Below, piece by piece: positions 9,225-19,655 of a stretch of 64,000 nucleotides of DNA (its first letter is position 1; every line of letters begins with the position of its first letter). Source of the DNA: Bacteroidota bacterium. Lineage in GTDB: Bacteria; Bacteroidota; Bacteroidia; 2-12-FULL-35-15. Below the pieces are notes generated by a model. It made no database searches. It was not told where the DNA came from and saw only the letters and a program-made list of their open reading frames with translations. Location of the stretch: NCBI GenBank assembly GCA_947479085.1, contig CANJYB010000013.1, forward strand, positions 36,632-100,631. The letters are read 5' to 3'. Position numbers and translations under genes: made by a program.

Positions 9225-9869
9225 ATGACAAAAAAAGAACGATTTGAAAAAGTAATAGATTATTTCAGCAAAAACCACCCTATAGCCGAAACGGAGTTGC
9301 ATTATAAAAACCCTTACCAGTTATTGATGGCGGTTATTCTTTCAGCACAATGCACAGACAAAAGAGTGAATACGATTACACCGGCATTGTTCAAAGCATT
9401 TCCTGAACCGGAGGTGATGGCGATGGCAAGTAGTGATGAAGTATTTCAATATATTAAGAGCATCAGTTACCCTAACAATAAAGCAAAACACCTGGTGGGG
9501 ATGGCCTCCATGCTTATCAACGAATTCAAAGGAATAGTTCCTTCGGATGTGGAGGAACTTCAAAAGCTACCGGGAGTAGGTCGCAAAACAGCCAACGTAA
9601 TTGCATCAGTAGTATATGATAAACCGGCAATGGCGGTAGATACGCATGTATTCAGGGTTTCTGCAAGGCTGGGGTTAACCACCAACTCAACAACTCCATT
9701 AGAAACGGAAAAGCAACTGATGAAATATATTCCGTTGGATAAGGTAGCCATTGCGCATCATTGGCTGATACTGCACGGAAGATATGTTTGCCTTGCACGC
9801 ACACCTAAGTGCGAGGTATGCGAACTAAAAGGGTTTTGTAAATACTTTGAGAAATTACAGAAAAAATAA
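9225..9869 (+). CDS. nth: endonuclease III
   Basis: HhH-GPD motif LPGVGRKTANV. C-terminal 4Fe-4S Cys cluster CLARTPKCEVCELKGFC. Confidence 0.9.
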   Translation: MTKKERFEKVIDYFSKNHPIAETELHYKNPYQLLMAVILSAQCTDKRVNTITPALFKAFPEPEVMAMASSDEVFQYIKSISYPNNKAKHLVGMASMLINEFKGIVPSDVEELQKLPGVGRKTANVIASVVYDKPAMAVDTHVFRVSARLGLTTNSTTPLETEKQLMKYIPLDKVAIAHHWLILHGRYVCLARTPKCEVCELKGFCKYFEKLQKK

Positions 9870-9889
9870 CTCTTCTGAAATTCTAAAGT

Positions 9890-11638
9890 TTACTTAGCTT
9901 TCCTCTCAGCACGTTTTCTTTTAATATAAAAGAAACCGCTTAACCCAACTACTATAACAAGGAAATGAACCAGGTAGGAACGGGACAAACCATCCTCGGT
10001 TACGAAACAAAAGAAACGGTTCCATCTTAATTTTCCATTCTGTGCATTCTGCGACAAGGATTTAATTATCCCCACCTTACCCGATACCGGATTTTTGGCA
10101 GGGTCTTTAATACTCATCCAAACAAATACAGGTTTCCCAACGATATGATCTGCTGGTACATATCCCCAAAACCTTGAATCGGCTGAATTCTGGCGGTTAT
10201 CACCCATCATAAAATAATAATCCAGTTTAAAAGTATAAGTTTTGGTTTCCTTTCCATTAATAAAAATTTTATCTCCTTTTACCTCCATGGTATTACATTC
10301 GTAATTAATTATGGCACGACTGTACAGGCAAATATTTGCAGTATCAAGGTTAACAGTGCTTCCGGTTTTAGGAAGAGTAAATGGCCCGAAATTATCATTG
10401 TTCCATTTAATGGTAGGATTGTGAGGGAACACATGGGATTCGTAAACTCCTTTCTTAGAAAATTGTTTTTCCATAGAGATAACTTCTGACATGCCCTTTA
10501 CCTTTTCAGCAGTTGAAACAGGCATATTTAAAAGGTATTCAATCGTGTCCCCGGTTATATTGGTGATACCAGCTTCATCAATGTAGATGTCTAGTTTATC
10601 AAGCACATTATTATTAGGAACAAATCTTCTGTCGTTAAAATCGTAATCACCAAAAGCAAATCCTTTCGTTTTTACAATATAATGATGTTGAGCATGCTCA
10701 GGTGTTTCCACATGTTTATCATTGATGTACACTTCATCATCCTTTATTTCCAACTTATCACCTGCAATGGCAATGCAACGTTTAACATAATTTTCACGTT
10801 TATCAGCCGGGCGATAAGTTACTTTTCCAAACGGATGCCCTGTGTATTGATTGATGGCATTTGGATTATTTACTGTTGACCAGCCAAAATCGCGGCATAA
10901 CTGATAATAGCTTTGTGCCTGGTCTTCCTGACTTAAACCAAGGGCAACGGTATCTCCATCGGGATAGTTAAAAACCACTATGTCGTTATTCTTTACAGAA
11001 CCAAACCCCGGCAAACGGAAATAAGGTAGTTTGAACCATTCCAAATACGATTTGGTGGTACCAGTAAATGGCATAGTGTGCATGGCAAAAGGGAAGGATA
11101 GGGGAGTATTGGGCACCTTTGCTCCGTAACTTATTTTACTCACAAAAAGATAATCTCCCACCATCATTGATTTCTCTAAGGAAGAAGTAGGAATGGTAAA
11201 TGCTTCGAAAAAGAAAGTACGGATAACAGTAGCAGCCACTACTGCAAATACAATGGCTTCTGTCCATTCGCGGGCAATGGATGGTTTTTGTTTGCTTCTG
11301 TCTTCTGGTCCTACATACCTGGTGTCTTTTTGAAAACCAATGTAAGCAAGGTAAAGAAAACCAAAAATAGCAGCAATGGTTCTTTCTCCAAAACTTCTTT
11401 TGTTAAATGCCTTCGCCATCAGCAAACACATAATAACATACATTAAAAAGTTCACCCCCGGGGTAATAATCAGGAAAATCCACCACCATGGTTTTTTAAT
11501 TATTTTCAACCAAACAATGAAATTGTAAAAGGGTACAAAAGCTTTCCAACTAGCTTCCCCGGCCAATGGAAATAATTTCCATAAACCGATCATTGTGGTG
11601 ATTGAAAAAATAATAAGAAATAAATAAGACGTATCCAT
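9890..11638 (-). CDS. lepB: signal peptidase I (long Bacteroidota form)
   Basis: S26 motifs SSLEKSMMVGDYLFVSK and GDNRQNSADSRFWGYVP, with N-terminal TM segments. Confidence 0.85.
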   Translation of the reverse strand: MDTSYLFLIIFSITTMIGLWKLFPLAGEASWKAFVPFYNFIVWLKIIKKPWWWIFLIITPGVNFLMYVIMCLLMAKAFNKRSFGERTIAAIFGFLYLAYIGFQKDTRYVGPEDRSKQKPSIAREWTEAIVFAVVAATVIRTFFFEAFTIPTSSLEKSMMVGDYLFVSKISYGAKVPNTPLSFPFAMHTMPFTGTTKSYLEWFKLPYFRLPGFGSVKNNDIVVFNYPDGDTVALGLSQEDQAQSYYQLCRDFGWSTVNNPNAINQYTGHPFGKVTYRPADKRENYVKRCIAIAGDKLEIKDDEVYINDKHVETPEHAQHHYIVKTKGFAFGDYDFNDRRFVPNNNVLDKLDIYIDEAGITNITGDTIEYLLNMPVSTAEKVKGMSEVISMEKQFSKKGVYESHVFPHNPTIKWNNDNFGPFTLPKTGSTVNLDTANICLYSRAIINYECNTMEVKGDKIFINGKETKTYTFKLDYYFMMGDNRQNSADSRFWGYVPADHIVGKPVFVWMSIKDPAKNPVSGKVGIIKSLSQNAQNGKLRWNRFFCFVTEDGLSRSYLVHFLVIVVGLSGFFYIKRKRAERKAK

Positions 11639-11644
11639 AAAAAG

Positions 11645-11760
11645 AAATTAAGAGTTATAAATTATAAAATAATGAATGTTGGTGATTTTTTGATGTGTGA
11701 ATTGGTTTAATGAATGTGATTTTTTGAAAGCGAAAGAATTTATAATTTATAATTCATCAT
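11645..11760. repeat. AT-rich inverted-repeat intergenic element (same family as 17876..17971)
   Basis: Arms GAGTTATAAATTATAAA and TTTATAATTTATAATTCAT flank a spacer ending TTGAAAGCGAAAG. This parallels GAGTTATGACTTATGAATT ... TTGAGCGAAGCA ... AATTCATAACTCATAATT at 17.9 kb. Confidence 0.5.
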
Positions 11761-12480
11761 TTATAATTTCTCAAGCATGTCACTCATTCCGAAAATTCCT
11801 TTTTTTCCGATAAGCCACTCTGCTGCCACCACAGCTCCGGTAGCGAAACCTTTTCTGTTGCGTGCAAAATGGATAAGGCTGATTTCATCCACATCCGAAC
11901 GATAGCTAACAGTATGTGTTCCGGGAACTTCGCCCAGACGTTTTGAAATAATACTTAATTCGTTTTTATTTTCAGTTGAATCATTCACCCATTTTTCCTT
12001 TTCATCAAGTTCCTTGATTATTTGATTAGCCAGGCTGATTGCTGTTCCGCTTGGTGAATCCAGTTTATGTATATGATGTATTTCTTCTATTTCAACTGCG
12101 TATTCAGGATGCGCATTCATTACTTTAGCCAGGTATTCGTTTACCTTGTAAAACAGGTTAACACCAATACTGAAATTAGAAGAATAAAAAAAGGATTGAT
12201 TATTTTCCCTGCAATTCTTTTTCACTTCTTCCAGTTTATCAATCCATCCTGTAGTTCCCACAACCACAGGAACTCCTGCTTCAAAACATTTATAAATATT
12301 ACTTACAGCCGACTCCGGAATACTGAATTCTATTGCCACATCTGCTTTCCTCAGCTCGTCAACAGTGAATTTATCTGTATTGTCCTGGTCAATGGTCAGT
12401 ACAATGGAATGTCCACGGGAAATGGCAATCTGTTCAATTATTTTCCCCATTTTTCCGTAGCCTATAATTGCTATATTCAT
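11761..12480 (-). CDS. dapB: 4-hydroxy-tetrahydrodipicolinate reductase
   Basis: N-terminal MNIAIIGYGKMGK Rossmann motif. Also EEIHHIHKLDSPSGTA, which resembles the DapB signature. Confidence 0.9.
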   Translation of the reverse strand: MNIAIIGYGKMGKIIEQIAISRGHSIVLTIDQDNTDKFTVDELRKADVAIEFSIPESAVSNIYKCFEAGVPVVVGTTGWIDKLEEVKKNCRENNQSFFYSSNFSIGVNLFYKVNEYLAKVMNAHPEYAVEIEEIHHIHKLDSPSGTAISLANQIIKELDEKEKWVNDSTENKNELSIISKRLGEVPGTHTVSYRSDVDEISLIHFARNRKGFATGAVVAAEWLIGKKGIFGMSDMLEKL

Positions 12481-12537
12481 AATTACTTTCTTTTTTTATT
12501 TTTTAAAAAGTGAACTGAATTTTTTTGCAGTGCGAAA

Positions 12538-13140
12538 TTACAATTTAATTGTTAACGAAAGTCCCGCAGCGCAATGATTTACATGAGCGGAATTTATCAA
12601 TGTTGGGTGGAGCCTGAAAGACAGGTCCTCGCTTACATCAAAAGTAAATAAATGCGCATCAACATTTGCATCAACTATATTCAATAGATACAAGGCAGCC
12701 GCCCCAATAACAGAGAGGTCGCGGTAGCGGTGATAATAATGCTGTAGGGTATTCAATTGATCTTTACTATATACACCTGTATAGGTATTATCATAGCTAT
12801 CTTTTAAATCAAACAGGTATTTTTTATACTTGGTCTGATTAAAAGTGATGGAATACGCCAAGGCTCCAAAACCAACATATATAATAGGGAGTTTCCAGTA
12901 TTTTTTGTTGTAAATCTGTCCAAGGCCTGGACATGCCGCTGACATCAATGCTGCTTTTCTTGGCGAATGTTTGATGGCGACAGGTTTGGTTGCATTAAGG
13001 TTTAAGGAATGTAAGGTATCCTTTCTAATGCTGTCGTTAAATTGTGCGAAAGAAACCGACTTATTTAAAAACAAAAAAGTTATTACAAGTATTAGTTGCA
13101 ATAACTTTTGAAATGAAAAAGGAGTAAATGATTTAGGCAT
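12538..13140 (-). CDS. DUF5683-like membrane-associated protein
   Basis: 200 aa with a signal sequence. The segment SAACPGLGQIYNKKYWKLPIIY is present. It sits in the usual Bacteroidota position between parB and dapB, and its start overlaps the parB stop. Confidence 0.55.
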   Translation of the reverse strand: MPKSFTPFSFQKLLQLILVITFLFLNKSVSFAQFNDSIRKDTLHSLNLNATKPVAIKHSPRKAALMSAACPGLGQIYNKKYWKLPIIYVGFGALAYSITFNQTKYKKYLFDLKDSYDNTYTGVYSKDQLNTLQHYYHRYRDLSVIGAAALYLLNIVDANVDAHLFTFDVSEDLSFRLHPTLINSAHVNHCAAGLSLTIKL

Positions 13141-14041
13141 CTAACAAATCGAGGATACGTTTTAAATCGTTTTCAGATTTGAATGGGATAACTATTTTTC
13201 CTTTGCCGCTTGCTTCCTTACTTATTTGTACTTTAGTGTTGAACACTGCTCTCAAATCGTTTACAAAATTTATTTGTTCAACAGATAAGGCAGCTTTCGA
13301 TGATTTTTTTTCTTTTGTTGTTTTGCCGTCTGTTTTAATTTCTGCCTTCACCCCTCTTGCAAGGTCTTCTACTTCACGCACTGATAAACTGTTTAAAACA
13401 ATCTGGTTGTAAATATCCAGTTGAGTATCTTCATTGTCAATATTAATCAATGCACGTGCATGACCCATCGAAACATCTCCGTTGCGTATTGCCAGTTGAA
13501 TCTCTACCGGAAGTTTCAATAAACGTAAATAATTAGTTATGGTTGAACGTTGTTTACTTACTTTTTGAGAAAGTTGCTCCTGGGTCAGGTCACATTCATC
13601 TATCAAGCGTTTGTAGCTGATAGCGACTTCAATAGCATCCAGTTCTTCACGTTGAATATTTTCTACCAAGGCCATCTCCAGCATTGCCTGGTCGTTTGCT
13701 ATACGAATATAGGCAGGAACACTGGTTAATCCGGCCAATTGGGAAGCACGAAAACGTCTTTCCCCGGAAATTAACTGGTATTTATCATATCCTAACTTAC
13801 GAACAGTAATAGGTTGTATAATCCCATGTTCTTTTATAGAAGCAGCCAGCTCATTCAGGGCATCTTCTTCAAAATTGGTTCTTGGTTGAAATGGATTGGT
13901 TTCTATTTGTGAAATTTCGATGTTCGCAACAGCGCCTACTACTTTTCCTTCCCCTTCCAGTTTATTATTTGTAATATCAGTTTTTGCATCTTCCAGCAAT
14001 GCACTTAATCCTCTTCCTAATGCGTTTCTTTTAACAGTCAT
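13133..14041 (-). CDS. parB: chromosome partitioning protein ParB
   Basis: ParB-box motifs NPFQPR, GIIQPITVR and LISGERRFRASQLAG. Confidence 0.9.
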   Translation of the reverse strand: MTVKRNALGRGLSALLEDAKTDITNNKLEGEGKVVGAVANIEISQIETNPFQPRTNFEEDALNELAASIKEHGIIQPITVRKLGYDKYQLISGERRFRASQLAGLTSVPAYIRIANDQAMLEMALVENIQREELDAIEVAISYKRLIDECDLTQEQLSQKVSKQRSTITNYLRLLKLPVEIQLAIRNGDVSMGHARALINIDNEDTQLDIYNQIVLNSLSVREVEDLARGVKAEIKTDGKTTKEKKSSKAALSVEQINFVNDLRAVFNTKVQISKEASGKGKIVIPFKSENDLKRILDLLDA

Positions 14042-14108
14042 TTTTAATACTTCAATATTTTTTTTATACTCAGATTAGTAAATTCGTAATTATTAGTTAT
14101 CCGTAACT

Positions 14109-14924
14109 CTAATTTTCTTCAACAATATTAATAAATTTTTCGTCATCATCCATTCGGGTGAGTTTATTTTTTTGCAGTATTTCCCTTGCCAGGTTTAGAT
14201 AGTTCACAGCAGCTTTACCGCTTGCATCATGCATAATAATACTTTGTCCAAAACTCGGAGCTTCTCCTAGTTTGGTATTACGTTGTATTATAGTGTCGAA
14301 TACCAACTGCTGAAAATGTGTTTTTACTTCTTCCACTACCTGGTTGCTCAATCGTAAACGCATATCATACATGGTCAGCAAAATTCCTTCTATTGCTAAT
14401 TCCGAATTCATACGGGTTTGAACAATCTTTATGGTATTAAGCAGTTTTCCTAACCCCTCCAAAGCGAAATATTCGCATTGAACAGGGATAAGCACAGAGT
14501 CGGCTGCAGCAAGCGCATTAACCGTAATCAAACCCAGAGAAGGGGAACAATCGATAATAATAAAAGCATAATCATCTTTTATTTTATCCAATGCCAGCTT
14601 CATCATCTTTTCGCGGTTAGGCAGGTTAATCATTTCTATTTCAGCACCCACCAAATCAATATGTGCCGGCAACAGAAACAAATTAGGTGTTTCAGTAGCC
14701 AGAATAATATCTTTAGGTTCTACCCCGTCAATGATACATTCGTAAATTCCTGTCTTAATATTGCGAGGGTCGAAACCGACTCCGGATGTAGAATTAGCTT
14801 GCGGGTCTGCATCTATCAATAAGGTCTTGTATTCCAGTACCGCAAGGCTTGCCGCCAGGTTAATTGCAGTAGTTGTTTTCCCAACTCCTCCTTTTTGATT
14901 TGCTATCGCTATTATTTTTCCCAT
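14109..14924 (-). CDS. parA: chromosome partitioning ATPase ParA/Soj
   Basis: Deviant Walker A in [20 protein letters not shown]. It lies directly upstream of parB. Confidence 0.9.
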   Translation of the reverse strand: MGKIIAIANQKGGVGKTTTAINLAASLAVLEYKTLLIDADPQANSTSGVGFDPRNIKTGIYECIIDGVEPKDIILATETPNLFLLPAHIDLVGAEIEMINLPNREKMMKLALDKIKDDYAFIIIDCSPSLGLITVNALAAADSVLIPVQCEYFALEGLGKLLNTIKIVQTRMNSELAIEGILLTMYDMRLRLSNQVVEEVKTHFQQLVFDTIIQRNTKLGEAPSFGQSIIMHDASGKAAVNYLNLAREILQKNKLTRMDDDEKFINIVEEN

Positions 14925-15000
14925 TATTTTTTATTAAATATTTAAGTTCTGTTATTTGTTTTAAAGTGTCTTTATTTATTATTTTGGAATTAATTAATTA

Positions 15001-15681
15001 TCAAATTGACTTCGTTTCTCCGACTTCAAACAAAATTAATTCCCGTTTTGCGGCTGCAAATTTACTGATTGCTTCCGGTTTGTCTATTTTAATATAGCCA
15101 AAAGTATCGTAATGCATCCCTATTATTTTGTTACAATTCACAAAATCGGCCGCTACCACTGCACTTTTAATGTCCATGGTAAAATTATCACCAATAGGAA
15201 GGAAACAAAAATCAATTTTATGAAATTCACCTATAAGTTTCATGTCGTAGGTCAATGCAGTATCCCCTGCAAAATAAAAACACTCTTCTGCTGATTCAAC
15301 CACAAATCCCATTGCTGTTCCGCCCTGGGTACCATCAGGCATGGTGCTTGAATGAACCGCAACCACACATTTCACACTTCCGAATTCAAATTTCCATGTT
15401 CCTCCAACGTTCATCGGGTGGGTATTGGTCACCCCCTGATTGTTCACCCACGTTATGACTTCAAAATTACTCACCACTTTTGCCCCTGTTCGCTTTGCAA
15501 TACTCACAGCATCTGCCACATGGTCAGAATGTCCGTGTGAAATTAGAATATAATCGGCTTTTACCGTATTTATATCAATATTCTTTGCCAATTCATTAGG
15601 AGTAATAAAAGGATCGAATAAAATATGCTTTCCTGATATCTCAACACCAAAACAAGAATGACCGAAATAAGTAATATTCAT
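15001..15681 (-). CDS. metal-dependent hydrolase, metallo-beta-lactamase fold (UPF0173-like)
   Basis: MNITYFGHSCFG start and ILISHGHSDH motif. I prefer the internal ATG at 15681 over the tracked start at 15750, because homologs as I recall them begin M.ITY.GHS. Confidence 0.75.
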   Translation of the reverse strand: MNITYFGHSCFGVEISGKHILFDPFITPNELAKNIDINTVKADYILISHGHSDHVADAVSIAKRTGAKVVSNFEVITWVNNQGVTNTHPMNVGGTWKFEFGSVKCVVAVHSSTMPDGTQGGTAMGFVVESAEECFYFAGDTALTYDMKLIGEFHKIDFCFLPIGDNFTMDIKSAVVAADFVNCNKIIGMHYDTFGYIKIDKPEAISKFAAAKRELILFEVGETKSI

Positions 15682-15799
15682 ATATATTGTTTTACTTTGT
15701 ACCCTTAAATTTTCGCACGAAATTACATTTTTTGACCCGTTACTTATCAAAACTTATTATAGATTTTTAAACAATTTTATTTAACAACGCTACAACCCA

Positions 15800-16321
15800 A
15801 TGATAACAATAATATCCGGCACTAACCGACCTGACAGCAATACACTGAAAATAGCCCAAAACTATGTAATGCTAATGCAAAAGCACAATGTAGAGCCCAA
15901 ATTGCTGTCACTTGAAAACCTGCCACAAAACATAGCTTTTACCGATTTGTACGGTCACCGTTCTGCTGATTTCGATAAAATAATAGCCGAATACATTGCT
16001 CCGGCTCAAAAATTTGTCTTTATCTCACCTGAATACAACGGAAGTTTCCCGGGTATCCTCAAAGTATTCCTGGATGCTATACATCCTGATTTAAACCGGC
16101 ACAAAAAAGCTGCTTTAATTGGTATATCAACCGGAAGGGCTGGCAATTTAAGGGGTATGGACCACCTTACCAGCATTTTGCATTACCTTGGTTTGCACGT
16201 TCACCCGATGAAACAACCTATTTCCAATGTACTGCATCTTATGGACGAGCACGGAATATTAAAAGATGCTTATACCATTAAGATATTGGAGAAACAAATT
16301 GAAGAGTTTTTGCAATGGTGA
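15800..16321 (+). CDS. NAD(P)H-dependent FMN reductase-family oxidoreductase
   Basis: MITIISGTNRPDSNT N-terminus and SPEYNGSFPG motif. Confidence 0.7.
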   Translation: MITIISGTNRPDSNTLKIAQNYVMLMQKHNVEPKLLSLENLPQNIAFTDLYGHRSADFDKIIAEYIAPAQKFVFISPEYNGSFPGILKVFLDAIHPDLNRHKKAALIGISTGRAGNLRGMDHLTSILHYLGLHVHPMKQPISNVLHLMDEHGILKDAYTIKILEKQIEEFLQW

Positions 16322-16453
16322 TAATAGGGGAGGGGGTAATTAAAAAATCATCTCTTTATTAATGTAAACTTATATTTATGCTGCCAGAGTCCCTTGTTTC
16401 TTTAAAATCAAGCAGAACAAAAATACCGGACAAGTTAAGTAGTGAATAAAAAT

Positions 16454-16461
16454 TATCTTTG
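16454..16461 (+). promoter_or_regulatory. -7 box (TATCTTTG) for the cca-like gene
   Basis: Matches TAnnTTTG and ends 6 nt before the ATG at 16468. This supports the ATG rather than the TTG at 16459 as the start. Confidence 0.45.
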
Positions 16462-16467
16462 CGGCAA

Positions 16468-17871
16468 ATGAAGGAAAAATTGACTCACCCGGTGTTTAAA
16501 ATAATTGGCCAATGTGCTGATGAGATGGGGGTGGATGCTTATGTAATAGGTGGCTGGGTAAGGGATTTGATATTGCATCGCCCTTGCAAAGATATAGACA
16601 TTGTTGCTATAGGAAGCGGTATAGAACTGGCCGAAAGGGTGGCAAAAGAGCTTGGAGGGAAGTATCATGTGGCCGTTTATAAAAACTTTGGCACTGCCCA
16701 GATAGCTTATGAGGATTATGACATTGAATTTGTAGGTGCCAGAAAGGAATCGTACCGGTCAGAAAGCCGCAAGCCAATAGTGGAGGATGGAACGCTGGAA
16801 GACGACCAGAACAGGAGAGATTTTACCATCAACGCCATGGCTATTTGCCTAAATAAAAACAGGTATGGAGAACTGCTCGACCCTTTTAATGGTTATAAGG
16901 ATATGGAAGAACAGCTTATCAGAACTCCCCTGTCTCCTGATGTTACCTATAGCGATGATCCGTTAAGAATGATGCGGGCCATACGGTTTGCTACTCAATT
17001 GGATTATATAATAGAGGAAACATCACTTCAAAGCATTACCAACAATAAAGACCGGATTAAAATTATCTCGAAGGAGCGGATAGCTGATGAGTTGAATAAG
17101 ATAATTTTAGCAAAAAAACCTTCGGTAGGTTTTAAACTTCTTTTCGATACCGGGTTGCTTCACCTTATTTTTCCGCAAATGGTATTGCTTCATGGGGTGG
17201 AAATAATAAAAGGGAAAGGGCACAAAGATAATTTCTATCATACACTTGAAGTACTTGATAATATTTGCAAAACCACTGATGATTTATGGTTGCGATGGGC
17301 TGCCATATTGCACGATATAGCAAAACCTCAGACCAAACGTTTTGAACCCGACCACGGCTGGACATTTCACGGGCATGAGGACAAAGGTTCGCGAATGGTG
17401 CCTAAGATATTTGCAGAACTTAAGCTTCCGCTGAACGAAAAAATGAAATACGTGCAGAAACTTGTGCTGCTTCATTTGCGCCCCATAGTGCTTGCCAAAA
17501 GTGAAGTAACTGATAGTGCTATCAGAAGATTATTGTTCGAAGCCGGTGATGATATAGATGACCTGATGAAGCTTTGCGAAGCAGATATTACTTCAAAAAA
17601 TGAATACAAAGTTCAGAAATACCTCAAAAACTTTGAACTCGTGAGGCAGAAACTGAAAGAGGTAGAGGAAAAGGACAACATCAGAAACTGGCAACCGCCT
17701 GTAACCGGTGAAGATATTATGAAAACATTCAACATCCCGGCAAGCCGAGAAGTGGGGATAATTAAAAATGCAATAAGGGAAGCAATATTGGATGGGGAGA
17801 TTCCGAATGAATACGAAAAGGCGTTTGAGTTCATGATAAATAAAGGAAAAGAATTGGGGCTGGTGAAATAA
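16468..17871 (+). CDS. tRNA nucleotidyltransferase / poly(A) polymerase family protein with HD domain
   Basis: [10 protein letters not shown].....KDIDIV nucleotidyltransferase head, RRDFTINA, and HD motif [10 protein letters not shown]. Confidence 0.85.
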   Translation: MKEKLTHPVFKIIGQCADEMGVDAYVIGGWVRDLILHRPCKDIDIVAIGSGIELAERVAKELGGKYHVAVYKNFGTAQIAYEDYDIEFVGARKESYRSESRKPIVEDGTLEDDQNRRDFTINAMAICLNKNRYGELLDPFNGYKDMEEQLIRTPLSPDVTYSDDPLRMMRAIRFATQLDYIIEETSLQSITNNKDRIKIISKERIADELNKIILAKKPSVGFKLLFDTGLLHLIFPQMVLLHGVEIIKGKGHKDNFYHTLEVLDNICKTTDDLWLRWAAILHDIAKPQTKRFEPDHGWTFHGHEDKGSRMVPKIFAELKLPLNEKMKYVQKLVLLHLRPIVLAKSEVTDSAIRRLLFEAGDDIDDLMKLCEADITSKNEYKVQKYLKNFELVRQKLKEVEEKDNIRNWQPPVTGEDIMKTFNIPASREVGIIKNAIREAILDGEIPNEYEKAFEFMINKGKELGLVK

Positions 17872-17875
17872 TGAT

Positions 17876-17971
17876 GAATTATGAGTTATGACTTATGAAT
17901 TCAAAACATAATTCTTATTTTTGTCTCCTTGAGCGAAGCAACTCATAATTAATAATTCATAACTCATAATT
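17876..17971. repeat. AT-rich inverted-repeat intergenic element
   Basis: GAATTATGAGTTATGACTTATGAATTC (17876-17902) against ACTCATAATTAATAATTCATAACTCATAATT (17941-17971). The spacer carries a TATTTTTG -7 box facing gene 17980. Confidence 0.6.
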
Positions 17972-17979
17972 AAAATAAG

Positions 17980-18627
17980 ATGTCAGTTTACAGGTTTAAA
18001 GTTACGTTTGAGGAAAACGAAGATGTTTACAGGGAGATAGAATTAAAGTCAACGCAAACTTTCGAGGATTTTCATTTTATTATTTTACAATCCATCGGAT
18101 TCGACACGATACATAATGCATCATTTTTTATCAGTGATGATTACTGGCGCAAAGGGGATGAAATAACCTATAAACCGGTAGACGAGGCCGATACTAAAAG
18201 CAGGAAAAAGGAAAACCTTGCTCCTAAAAAGCAAATGAACAAATGCAAAATGGCATCGCTGATAGACGATCCTCATCAGAAATTTGTTTACGTGTATGAC
18301 CCGAATGTGCAATGGACTTTTCTGGTAGAGTTGGTTAAAATACTTGGAGATGATGCCTCAATCAGTTATCCGAGAATATCAAAAAGCGTAGACGATGCTC
18401 CTAAACAATATATTGCAGTTGCTTTGCCTGCAGTAGCTGCCGAAGAAGAGTTTGATGAAGAGGATGACGAGGTGCTGGAAGATGATGATGATGCCTATAA
18501 TGCAAAAGATGATGAAGATATAGCAGAACTGGAAAGTGAAGAAGGCGAAGAGGAAGCCGAAGAAGAATTGGATGATGATGGAATGGAAGATGCTTCGGAA
18601 TATGAAGGACAGGTGGAAGAAGACTAA
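17980..18627 (+). CDS. conserved hypothetical protein (possibly pRiA4b-ORF3-like fold) with a roughly 70-aa poly-acidic C-terminal tail
   Basis: 215 aa. The last ~70 residues are mostly D/E (EEEFDEEDDEVLEDDDDAYNAKDDEDIAELESEEGEEEAEEELDDDGMED...). Confidence 0.4.
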   Translation: MSVYRFKVTFEENEDVYREIELKSTQTFEDFHFIILQSIGFDTIHNASFFISDDYWRKGDEITYKPVDEADTKSRKKENLAPKKQMNKCKMASLIDDPHQKFVYVYDPNVQWTFLVELVKILGDDASISYPRISKSVDDAPKQYIAVALPAVAAEEEFDEEDDEVLEDDDDAYNAKDDEDIAELESEEGEEEAEEELDDDGMEDASEYEGQVEED

Positions 18628-18734
18628 CAATTAAAATTACTAAACAAACATATAGCCCTTGTCAGTCTGAAAGATTTCATGACCGGCAAGGGTTTAATTT
18701 TAACAGGAAATGGTCCTGGTAAAGAACAAATAAA

Positions 18735-19637
18735 ATGCCTGCTAAAACGCTTATTGTAATTGTTGGTTCAACCGCTATAGGAAAAACTTCTTTAAGTATT
18801 TTAATTGCCAAAGAATTAAAATGTTCCATTCTTTCGGCCGACTCCAGGCAGTTTTATAAAGAGATGACAATAGGTACCGCTAAGCCCGGTGAAGAGGAAA
18901 TGCTGGGAATCCCACATTATTTTATTAATTCACATAGTGTTTCTGATGATTATAATGTAGGGAAATACGAAACCGATGCCATCGCTTTATTGGATAAGCT
19001 TTTCTTAACGGACGATACAGCCATCCTGGTGGGAGGTTCAGGTTTGTATATTGATGCAGTATGCAAAGGGTTTGATGATTTGCCGGAGGCAAATGCTGAA
19101 GTAAGAACAAAAATAAATACCCTGTTTGAAGAAAAAGGAATAGAGGGCTTGCAACAATTGCTTAAAGAACTGGATGATGCGTATTACCGCAAAGTAGATT
19201 TGCAAAACCCTCAACGCATCAGCCGGGCACTGGCGGTTTGCCTTACTTCAGGAAAAACATATTCTTCATTCAGGGAAGGCAAAATAAAGAAACGGAATTT
19301 TAATATCATTAAAATTGGCCTGAATACGCAACGGGAACTATTGTATGAGATAATAAACCATCGGGTGGAAAAAATGATGGAGATGGGATTTCTGGAAGAA
19401 GTAAAATCCTTGCAAAACTACAAACAACTGAACTCCCTGCAAACCGTTGGATACAAAGAGCTGTTTGATTACCTGGAAGGAAAAATGGAATTAAATACAA
19501 CCATTGATTTGATAAAACAAAACACAAGGAGATATGCCAAGCGGCAACTGACCTGGTTCAGAAGGGATGAAGAAATAAAATGGTTTGAGCCAAATGAAAC
19601 TGAAGCGATTATGGAGTATTTGAAATCTCAAATTTGA
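18735..19637 (+). CDS. miaA: tRNA dimethylallyltransferase
   Basis: P-loop GSTAIGKTSLSI, SADSRQFYKEMTIGTAKP, and C-terminal YAKRQLTWFRR. Confidence 0.9.
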   Translation: MPAKTLIVIVGSTAIGKTSLSILIAKELKCSILSADSRQFYKEMTIGTAKPGEEEMLGIPHYFINSHSVSDDYNVGKYETDAIALLDKLFLTDDTAILVGGSGLYIDAVCKGFDDLPEANAEVRTKINTLFEEKGIEGLQQLLKELDDAYYRKVDLQNPQRISRALAVCLTSGKTYSSFREGKIKKRNFNIIKIGLNTQRELLYEIINHRVEKMMEMGFLEEVKSLQNYKQLNSLQTVGYKELFDYLEGKMELNTTIDLIKQNTRRYAKRQLTWFRRDEEIKWFEPNETEAIMEYLKSQI

Positions 19638-19655
19638 GAACCTGAAATTTGAGAG

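Noticed and set aside
13100-14930. parS site near parAB
   Set aside because: I scanned by eye for the TGTTTCACGTGAAACA-type palindrome. I found only weak partial matches, such as TTCACGTTGAA at about 13647, so there is nothing convincing.
16459-16467. TTG start for the cca-like gene, as in the ORF track
   Set aside because: The TAnnTTTG box at 16454..16461 overlaps it, so transcription would start downstream. The ATG at 16468 is preferred.
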